From: a bacterium
GTDB lineage: Bacteria; Oederibacteriota; PGYV01; Palsa-1178
Length of the DNA stretch: 20,599 nucleotides
NCBI GenBank assembly: GCA_037138355.1
Contig: JBAXIL010000031.1
Span: forward strand, 1-20,599
Direction of reading: 5' to 3'
Below are positions 1-7,054 of this stretch, one piece after another (position 1 is the first letter of the stretch; each line of letters starts with the position of its first letter). The translations under genes and the position numbers were made by a program. The notes beneath the pieces are model-generated. The model saw nothing but the letters and a program-made list of their open reading frames with translations. It searched no databases and was not told the DNA's origin.

Positions 1-380
1 GCATTTGTTTTGCCTTGTCACCTTTCTACTATCTACTTTCTGAAAGCTCTTTCCTGCACTTGTTTTGCCTTATCTACTATCAACTTTCTCCTCTCTAAAG
101 TATTTGATTTAAGGTGAGGGTGGGCGAGAAAGGTGAGAGTAGATAGTAGAAAGTAGACAAAACAAACTCAGTCACGACAAAAAAACAACTCAGTACACCT
201 TTCGTTCTCCTTTCTACTCTCTACTTTCTGAAAGCTCTTTCCTGCATTTGTTTTGCCTTGTCACCTTTCTACTATCTACTTTCTGAAAGCTCTTTCCTAC
301 AATTGTCGTGTCTCCTATCTACTCTCTACTCTCTGAAAGCTCTTTCCTGTATTTGTCTTGTCAACTATCTACTATCTGAA
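1..380. repeat. Degenerate direct-repeat array (~50-55 bp unit, ~35 bp core CCTTTCTACTATCTACTTTCTGAAAGCTCTTTCCT) with an internal inverted copy; truncated at the window start
   Basis: Core copies start at 21, 209, 264 and 314, with a decayed one near 365. Positions 1-55 and 244-298 are identical. 138-153 (AGTAGATAGTAGAAAG) is the reverse complement of 22-37 and 265-280. Units are built from TCTACTn heptamers. Confidence 0.9.
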
Positions 381-465
381 TGATCTTGATTTTTTATGTT
401 GCCTATGTTTTAGTTTTATTGTAATATATCTTCGATATAAAACCATGGTAGGAGGGGGAACAACA

Positions 466-819
466 ATGGCTTTTTTATTTGAAAATCTACATGTCTATCA
501 AAAGGCAGTTGACTTTGCCGAGCAAATCTCAAACTTAACTGATAAATTCCCAAAAGGTACTTATTATCTTGTTGACCAAATAAATAGAGCGGCTTTGTCT
601 ATCTCTCTTAATATAGCCGAAGGCAATGGCAAATTTACAGGTAATGACAAGAAAAATTTTTTCTTTATAGCCCGCGGTTCTACCCATGAGTGTGTGCCTT
701 TGCTTGAAATATCCAAAAGGAAAAAGTTTATATCAGAACCAGACTGCATTAAATTAAAAGCACAGCTGGAAGAAATAGCAAAGATGATTTCTGGCATGGT
801 AAAACGCTACGAGCAATAG
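466..819 (+). CDS. Four helix bundle protein (23S rRNA intervening-sequence protein / bAvd-like family), 117 aa
   Basis: FENLHVYQKA...FPKGTYYLVDQINRAALSISLNIAEG...FFFIARGSTHEC matches the family signature (F..L.V.Q.A, QI.RAA.SI..NIAEG, ARGS..E). Start moved to ATG 466 behind SD GGAGG at 451-455. Confidence 0.9.
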   Translation: MAFLFENLHVYQKAVDFAEQISNLTDKFPKGTYYLVDQINRAALSISLNIAEGNGKFTGNDKKNFFFIARGSTHECVPLLEISKRKKFISEPDCIKLKAQLEEIAKMISGMVKRYEQ

Positions 820-915
820 CACCTTTACACATCGTTTTCTCTCAAAAACTCCCATAAAAATAAGCTCATTTATGTATGCTCTTGTTTGAAGACAATAAAG
901 CACTTATGCTCAAAA

Positions 916-933
916 TAGGGAATTGATTCCATA
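916..933. promoter_or_regulatory. Candidate activator-binding palindrome TAGGGAA-ttga-TTCCATA
   Basis: 7-4-7 imperfect inverted repeat; similar 18-mers lie upstream of the sigma-54 promoter at 3800-3835. Confidence 0.45.
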
Positions 934-949
934 TATTTCAATAAATATC

Positions 950-978
950 TTGCTAATAAGGGATAAATATAGTATTAT
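950..978 (+). promoter_or_regulatory. Putative sigma-70 promoter for the activator gene
   Basis: TTGCTA (950-955), 17 nt spacer, TATTAT (973-978). AT-rich background lowers specificity. Confidence 0.35.
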
Positions 979-1072
979 ATGAATAAGTTGGAAAGAAGAC
1001 CGAGATGTTTGATTTATAGTAAAACTTGACAAAATAACTGCAATAAAATTCAATAGAATGATTGGAGATGTT

Positions 1073-2476
1073 ATGGAAAAGACACCAAAAAGAATACTTA
1101 TAGTGGATGATGATATTGAAATAATTTGGTATTTAGAGAAGCTATTAACAAGATTCGGATATGAATCTGAGAATGCTGCAAGTGGCAGTGTCGCTTTGGA
1201 AAAAATGAAATTCAATAAATATGACCTTGTGTTATTGGATATATATTTGCCAGATATGTTAGGCACAGATTTAATGCTCAGAATGAATGAATCAAAATTA
1301 AAGTATCCAGTGATAATTCTTTCAGCTCACGAGGATGTACATTTGGCTGTTGAAACAACAAAGCTTGGGGCATTTGATTATCTGGTAAAGCCAGTGGATG
1401 AAGAAAGACTTGGTCTCGTTATTCGCAATCTTTTAGAAAAAATGCAACTTGAAAATAAAGTCGCAGTATTAACTAATCAACTCAATGCCAGAGAAACGCA
1501 GGAAGAAATAGTAACTGAGGATGAAGCCTTTATGAAAATTATCAAAACCGCAAAGGAAATCGCAGATTTTGAAGTATCTGCTATGATATTTGGAGAATCA
1601 GGTACAGGTAAAGAACTAATCGCAAGAGCCATACACAATAATAGTCGTAGGAAAAATGGACCATTTGTAGTTATTGATTGTGCTACCTTACCAGATAATC
1701 TCGTAGAATCAGAATTGTTTGGGCATGAAAAAGGTTCTTTTACTAATGCTATAGATACAAGAATTGGAAGGTTTGAAATGGCAAATGGCGGCTCTATTTT
1801 TTTAGATGAAATAGGAAACCTTTCTCTCAATGTTCAGACAAAATTGCTTCATGTGTTACAAGAAAAAACTATAATCAGGGTAGGCGGCAAACAAAACATA
1901 AATCTTGATGTGAGGATTATTACAGCAACAAATATAAACCTGAACGAAGCTGTGAAAAAAAATATATTTAGAGATGACTTATTACAAAGAATCAATGAGT
2001 TTTATATTGAGTTGCCACCATTGCGTGAAAGAGGTGATGATATAAGACTTCTAAGTAATTATTTTTTATTAAACTACAATATAAAATTCAATAAAAATGT
2101 GAAAACAATAGATGATGAGGTAGTTGATGTATTCTATTCGTATTCTTGGCCAGGTAATGTAAGAGAATTACAAAACACTATAAAACATTCTTTGCTTATG
2201 GCAAGTAGTTCTATAAATAAGGCTTGCTTACCGAAAAATCTACTCTATAGAGTAGAAGCTGAGAAACATGATATTACAACTGTAGATATTATAAATAATG
2301 ATAGCGAGGAAATCAAATCGCTTAAAAGTGTTTCTGGTGAAGCCAAGGCGTTTTCCGAGAAAACAGCCATAATAAAAGCCCTTAAAAAGTTCAAGTGGAA
2401 TAAGGTTAAAGTAGCCAAAGCCCTTATGATAGATTACAAGACACTTCATAATAAAATCAGAGAATACGAGCTATAG
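1073..2476 (+). CDS. Sigma-54-dependent response regulator (REC, AAA+, Fis-type HTH; NtrC/AtoC/ZraR-like)
   Basis: REC (ILIVDDD, LLDIYLP, YLVKP), Walker A GESGTGKE, ESELFGHEKGSFTNA, Walker B FLDEIG, WPGNVRELQN, C-terminal HTH. SD GGAG at 1064-1067 favours ATG 1073; alternative start 1058. Confidence 0.95.
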   Translation: MEKTPKRILIVDDDIEIIWYLEKLLTRFGYESENAASGSVALEKMKFNKYDLVLLDIYLPDMLGTDLMLRMNESKLKYPVIILSAHEDVHLAVETTKLGAFDYLVKPVDEERLGLVIRNLLEKMQLENKVAVLTNQLNARETQEEIVTEDEAFMKIIKTAKEIADFEVSAMIFGESGTGKELIARAIHNNSRRKNGPFVVIDCATLPDNLVESELFGHEKGSFTNAIDTRIGRFEMANGGSIFLDEIGNLSLNVQTKLLHVLQEKTIIRVGGKQNINLDVRIITATNINLNEAVKKNIFRDDLLQRINEFYIELPPLRERGDDIRLLSNYFLLNYNIKFNKNVKTIDDEVVDVFYSYSWPGNVRELQNTIKHSLLMASSSINKACLPKNLLYRVEAEKHDITTVDIINNDSEEIKSLKSVSGEAKAFSEKTAIIKALKKFKWNKVKVAKALMIDYKTLHNKIREYEL

Positions 2477-2587
2477 ACAGCATATTTAGATATTTTTTAA
2501 CTTCTATAAAGCAGTGTTTTTTATCATTGTTCCTTTTTTTGATCTGTGTGGACTAAACAAATAATGTTTGTTTTAAAAAGGTGAAAA

Positions 2588-3661
2588 ATGGCGAATAAAA
2601 TCCTTGCTATTGACGATGATCCCGGTATTTTAGCTCTATATGTTTCTATTTTTAATAATATTGATAATGATTTTATTGTAGAATTTGCTGAAGATGGAAA
2701 AGAAGGTTTGGCAAAGGTTAAATCGTTTAGACCAGATATTATCTTGCTGGATGAAAAAATTCCAATTATAAGCGGAACTGAACTGGCAAGGAAGGTAAGA
2801 TTAAACAAGGAATTAAAATACACGCCTATCATTATGATTACTGGAGATTTAACACTAACACACAAAAAATACAGTATTTATGAGACGCTGGTGGATGATT
2901 ATATTTTTAAACCTTTTGATATTAATGATTTAAGAGCTAAGGTTTTTGTTTTTATGCGCATTAAAAAACTCACCGATGATTTGGCTGAGTCCAAAAAGAA
3001 ATTAATATTATCAGAACAGCTTTCTTCTATGGGTATGTTGGCAGCTACTGTCGCACACGAGATAAGAAATCCACTCACTGTAATGCTTGGTGCAATACAA
3101 GACTGCAAACGGGCGGACCCTTGTGAAAAAAACATTGTTCTCGAACAGGTGCAAGTTAAATTACTGGAAATAAATTTGATTTTAAAACAAATGCTTTTGT
3201 TTTCAAAACAGATTACTGTTTCGGTGGAGTCTGTGAATTTGGAAAAGTCAATCAAAGAAACTCTGATTTTTTTAAAAGGCAAAACACAATCTGCAAATGT
3301 GAGTGTTTTCAATCAAGCAAGTTTAAAAATAAATATTTTAGCAGATAAAATATGGTTTGAGAGGATATTGATAAATCTTTACAAAAATGCTATTGAGGCA
3401 ATGAGAAATGGAGGAACGCTTACTATTAAAGATTATGAAGTTGGAAATTATGTAGCAATAAGTATAAGCGATACAGGTAAGGGCATATCTAATGAAATGT
3501 TAAATAAAGTTTTTGAACCTTTTCACAGTAGTAAAAAAGCAGGTACTGGTATAGGACTTTCTATTGTAAAAAAAGCAATTGAGCTACAGGATGGTAAAAT
3601 AGATTTTGTAACCAGTCCGCAGGGCACGACTTTTACAATACAACTTCCTAAATTCGAATAA
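2588..3661 (+). CDS. Cytoplasmic hybrid REC-HisKA-HATPase histidine kinase (NtrB-like kinase core)
   Basis: N-terminal REC (ILAIDDD, IILLDE, YIFKPF), H-box AHEIRNPL, N-box NLYKNAIEA, DTGKG, VFEPF, GTGIGL. No transmembrane segment seen. Confidence 0.92.
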   Translation: MANKILAIDDDPGILALYVSIFNNIDNDFIVEFAEDGKEGLAKVKSFRPDIILLDEKIPIISGTELARKVRLNKELKYTPIIMITGDLTLTHKKYSIYETLVDDYIFKPFDINDLRAKVFVFMRIKKLTDDLAESKKKLILSEQLSSMGMLAATVAHEIRNPLTVMLGAIQDCKRADPCEKNIVLEQVQVKLLEINLILKQMLLFSKQITVSVESVNLEKSIKETLIFLKGKTQSANVSVFNQASLKINILADKIWFERILINLYKNAIEAMRNGGTLTIKDYEVGNYVAISISDTGKGISNEMLNKVFEPFHSSKKAGTGIGLSIVKKAIELQDGKIDFVTSPQGTTFTIQLPKFE

Positions 3662-3778
3662 ATTAAACCAACCAATACTAAATAATCGTCATTTGATTTT
3701 TTCTTAATCCAGTTAAAACACGCAACAAACTCACCTAAATTCAAAACAAATATCCCCATGCCTATAATTATTATCCAG

Positions 3779-3835
3779 TATGGAATTACAATCTGCTTTT
3801 AGGAAGTTCCTTCCCTAAGACGAAACCTTTCCCTA
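3779..3835. promoter_or_regulatory. Candidate upstream activator (enhancer) sites for the sigma-54 promoter
   Basis: TAGGAAG-ttcc-TTCCCTA (3800-3817), AGACGAA-acct-TTCCCTA (3818-3835) and half-site TATGGAA (3779-3785), roughly 100-150 bp upstream of the predicted start site. Confidence 0.5.
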
Positions 3836-3906
3836 TATTGTGGTTTGCTTATGCCTTTTTATATTTACTCTTCAATAAAAGCGACCAAAAATATGGCAAA
3901 TAATCG

Positions 3907-3922
3907 TGGCACGCTTAATGCT
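3907..3922 (+). promoter_or_regulatory. Sigma-54 (-24/-12) promoter
   Basis: TGGCACGCTTAATGCT versus consensus TGGCAC-N5-TTGCW. GG at 3908-3909 and GC at 3920-3921 are separated by exactly 10 nt. Lies about 55 nt upstream of the protease ATG and close to a sigma-54 activator gene. Confidence 0.8.
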
Positions 3923-3976
3923 TTATATATATTTATAATTAGATTATTTACCTACTTTGTCCGACTCAGGTGATTT

Positions 3977-5977
3977 ATGAAAAAGCTCTCAGTTTACTTT
4001 CTCTTCTTCAGCCTCTATCTGCTTTCGAGCATTTCAGCAGCGCCTTATGCTGGTGAAGAATATAAATTTAAACAACCAGATGGCACCTATGTAAATGTTA
4101 AGCTTTATGGTGATGAAAATTATATTACTGCGGAGTCCCCAAAAGGCCATTCTTTGATTGTTGACCCTCAGACAAAAGTAATTTCATTTGCTGGGTTATC
4201 GGCAGATGAAAAAGAACTCGTTTCGACAGGAATAACATATAATGACTCAGCAGATAATCAAGCAGATAAAAATGGCTTAAGAGATAATGCAGGCAGATTG
4301 TTAAACAAACATTTGCGCATTAACAGAGATGCCTTACAACAGCTAATAAATGAAAATAAGAGTAAGAGACAATATCAAAAGATTAATTTAAGTCCTGCTT
4401 CTTCAACTTTTTCTGCTTTGGGAACCAGTTCAGGAGTGAACTCAGTAGAGGGTAATGTGGTAGGTAGTTATAAAGGACTGCTTCTTCTGATTGACTTTCC
4501 TGATGATAGGGCAACTATTACCAGAACACAAGTGGATAATTTTGCAAATCAGTTGGGCTATGCAGAGTTTGGAAATAATGGTTCGGTAAGAGATTATTTC
4601 AGAGATGTTTCAAATAACCAGCTTGATTACACAAATTATGTGACGGAATATTATACCGCTTTGCATAATAAATCATATTATTCAGATCCTACAAGACCAT
4701 ATTCCCAAGCATCGCAAGAACTGATATCCGAGGCATTAATACATTTGAGAGATGTTGATTCTTTTGATTTCTCCACACTCTCAAATGCCAATGGTTATAT
4801 CACAGCCATAAATGTATTTTATGCTGGTCAATGCAAAAATACTTGGGCTCAAGGTTTGTGGCCACATTCTTCAGGTATGGGCTACTATACTTTTAGTGCT
4901 AATGGTTTGTCAGCAGGAGATTATCAGATTTCATATATGAAAAACTCTTCTGGGGCGGATGAACTGTCATTAGGAGTTTTTTGTCACGAAAACGGACATA
5001 TGCTTATGCATTGGCCTGATTTGTATGATTATGCTTATGACTCTTGTGGTGTGGGGTATTATGATTTAATGGGTTATGGTTGTACCTTTTACAAAAATCC
5101 AACACCACCGAGTGCCTATCTTAGAGATCTTGCAGGTTGGGAAACTATATTAGGCAATTTGACCTCTTCCAGTTTGGGTACATTTAACTTAAACTCAAAT
5201 ACCGCTGTCAGCTATAAGTTTATTAATCCAGCAAACTCCAAAGAAACCTTTTATCTTGAAAGCAGGCAAAAAATTGGACGCAGCAGTAATTTGCCCGACA
5301 GTGGTCTTATGATATGGCACATTGACCAAAACGGCAGTGAATACAATCAACAAATGACTACTGCAAGCCATTATCTTGTTTCTCTTGAGCAGGCAGATGG
5401 ACAATTTCACTTGGAAAATAATTCAATTGGTACTTCACAAAACTTATATAAAGCGGAAAACATTGCGAGCTTTGATAATGCCACTGTTCCGAGTTCTAAT
5501 TGGTGGAGTAGTTCTATGTCTGGCTTAAATATAGTGAATGTAGGCCCTGTTGGAAATACAATGTATTTTACTATGGGAGTTCCTACTGTCGCAGCAACAG
5601 TGATAGAAACTACTATTAATACAGAACCAAATAAACCAATAGAGACCAATACGGTAACTGCCACTATTACCCCAACTCTGACACCTATAGCAACTGTTTA
5701 TAATAAGTCCTTTGCATATCCAAATCCTTTTGTGAAAAGCAAAACTTTTCAAATGAAATTTGCTTTTAAACAAGCCAACAATGTGAAAATAGAAATATAT
5801 AATGTAAGCTTGCTTAAAATAATGGAGCTACCTGGAAGTGCGATATTTGTTTCTCAAGGTATGGCTGTCTGGGAGGTAAAAGATTACAATGGCAAAAGCC
5901 TTCCTTTTGGGATATACTTTGCTGTAGTTACTTCTGATAAGGAAAAAACCATGATCAAGTTCAGCGTGATAGAATGA
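3977..5977 (+). CDS. Secreted M6-family (immune inhibitor A-like) zinc metalloprotease with Thr/Pro linker and C-terminal T9SS-CTD/FlgD-Ig-like domain
   Basis: Signal peptide MKKLSVYFLFFSLYLLSSISAA, QPDGT...GDE propeptide motif, LLIDFPD, GSVRDYF, HENGH...PDLYD (4985 onward), YDLMGYG, GLMIWHID, T/P-rich linker, AYPNPF...IEIYNV...GIYF tail. Confidence 0.88.
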   Translation: MKKLSVYFLFFSLYLLSSISAAPYAGEEYKFKQPDGTYVNVKLYGDENYITAESPKGHSLIVDPQTKVISFAGLSADEKELVSTGITYNDSADNQADKNGLRDNAGRLLNKHLRINRDALQQLINENKSKRQYQKINLSPASSTFSALGTSSGVNSVEGNVVGSYKGLLLLIDFPDDRATITRTQVDNFANQLGYAEFGNNGSVRDYFRDVSNNQLDYTNYVTEYYTALHNKSYYSDPTRPYSQASQELISEALIHLRDVDSFDFSTLSNANGYITAINVFYAGQCKNTWAQGLWPHSSGMGYYTFSANGLSAGDYQISYMKNSSGADELSLGVFCHENGHMLMHWPDLYDYAYDSCGVGYYDLMGYGCTFYKNPTPPSAYLRDLAGWETILGNLTSSSLGTFNLNSNTAVSYKFINPANSKETFYLESRQKIGRSSNLPDSGLMIWHIDQNGSEYNQQMTTASHYLVSLEQADGQFHLENNSIGTSQNLYKAENIASFDNATVPSSNWWSSSMSGLNIVNVGPVGNTMYFTMGVPTVAATVIETTINTEPNKPIETNTVTATITPTLTPIATVYNKSFAYPNPFVKSKTFQMKFAFKQANNVKIEIYNVSLLKIMELPGSAIFVSQGMAVWEVKDYNGKSLPFGIYFAVVTSDKEKTMIKFSVIE

Positions 5978-6888
5978 TAAAGAGTTATTTCAAACAAATA
6001 CTATTTGTTATTTTATTTACTGTTGCGGTTTCAATACCGTCTGTGAATGCTCTTGCGTCATTAGATGTATTAACTGGCGCAAAATCTGCTGCCCTCGGTG
6101 GGGCATATAGTGCAATCTCTGGTGATGTAGAATCACTGTGGTATAATCCTGCTGGAATCGCCGAACTCCCCTATATGAGCATTATGTTTTCACACATTAT
6201 CAGTATAGGGGATATCAATTATGAATATCTGGCGTTTGGTATGCCCATAGGCAAGTCATTGGCTTGGGGGGCTTCTATAAATTATAGTTATTCTCAGGAT
6301 AATTCTTATGATGAAAGTGCTTTGCCAGGAGAAACATTCAAAACTACTAATTTGATTTTTTTGGCTGGTTTGGCAATGAACTTTGATTGGTTTGATATAG
6401 GTTTATCTTTGAAAATAATAAATGAATCTATAGCAAGCCAATCACAAACAGGGTATGCTTTGGATGCTGGTTTTATTGCACATATAATTGAAAGCTATTT
6501 GGATATGGGTTTAACCTTGCGAGATTTTGAGGGGAAGGTGACAAATAGTTCAAACTTAGTTTCCACACCTGCAGATATTTCAATACAAATCGGAATTGCT
6601 GAAAAAAAATTATTACAAGGACTATTGTTAACGCAGGAATACAGCTATTACCCAGAGTATAAAATAAATATTTTTAGTTTAGGGGTACAAGAAACCATAG
6701 ATATCAATAACGCTCAGTTGGATTTGCGTGCAGGATATGATATTAGGGCTAATCAAATAGATACTGGTACTGGGATTTCAGCAGGTATGGGTATTCGCTT
6801 TAATGGTTTTGCCATTGATTATTGTTTTACCCCTTATTCTTTTGCTGGAAATACGCACAGGTTTTCGCTTGGATATTTCTTTATATAA
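5974..6888 (+). CDS. PorV/PorQ/UPF0164-like outer-membrane beta-barrel protein
   Basis: Signal peptide, GAKSAALGGAYSA...WYNPAGIA N-terminal motif, amphipathic strands, LRAGY...SAGMG...IDY...NTHRFSLGY C-terminus. ATGA overlap with the protease stop. Confidence 0.8.
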   Translation: MIKSYFKQILFVILFTVAVSIPSVNALASLDVLTGAKSAALGGAYSAISGDVESLWYNPAGIAELPYMSIMFSHIISIGDINYEYLAFGMPIGKSLAWGASINYSYSQDNSYDESALPGETFKTTNLIFLAGLAMNFDWFDIGLSLKIINESIASQSQTGYALDAGFIAHIIESYLDMGLTLRDFEGKVTNSSNLVSTPADISIQIGIAEKKLLQGLLLTQEYSYYPEYKINIFSLGVQETIDINNAQLDLRAGYDIRANQIDTGTGISAGMGIRFNGFAIDYCFTPYSFAGNTHRFSLGYFFI

Positions 6889-6970
6889 TTAATGCCATAT
6901 TAGCTAAGTTTTGACTAATACTTGCCATAATCCCGCTATTTTAGCCCCTATTTGTAAATTAAAATAAAAA

Positions 6971-7003
6971 TCGTATTTACAATACGAAATAATCGAGTAT
7001 AAT
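6971..7003 (+). promoter_or_regulatory. Putative sigma-70 promoter with a 7-3-7 palindrome over the -35 box
   Basis: TTTACA (6976-6981), 16 nt spacer, TATAAT (6998-7003). TCGTATT-tac-AATACGA at 6971-6987. Confidence 0.55.
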
Positions 7004-7054
7004 TAAATTAAGGCAAATTAAGACATTTAAGATATGTTAAAGGGGATGTATATT

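Noticed and set aside
1..380. CRISPR array (the core contains TTTCTACT, like Cas12a repeats)
   Set aside because: The linkers are short (15-20 nt) and similar or identical to each other, the repeats are degenerate with an inverted copy, and there are no cas genes in the window.
358..465. 36-aa N-terminal extension of the four-helix-bundle ORF
   Set aside because: It begins at a TTG inside the repeat array, while the family signature and a strong SD point to ATG 466.
1..819. Diversity-generating retroelement or 23S rRNA intervening sequence
   Set aside because: No reverse transcriptase, no TR/VR pair with adenine-specific mismatches and no rRNA sequence is visible. Sequence left of the window is unseen.
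1026..1059. TTGACA-based promoter for the activator gene
   Set aside because: The nearest -10-like hexamers (TAAAAT at 1044, TAGAAT at 1054) are 12 and 22 nt away, outside the 16-18 nt range.
3894..3910. Second sigma-54 promoter at TGGCAAA
   Set aside because: There is no GC at the required 10-nt spacing from the GG.
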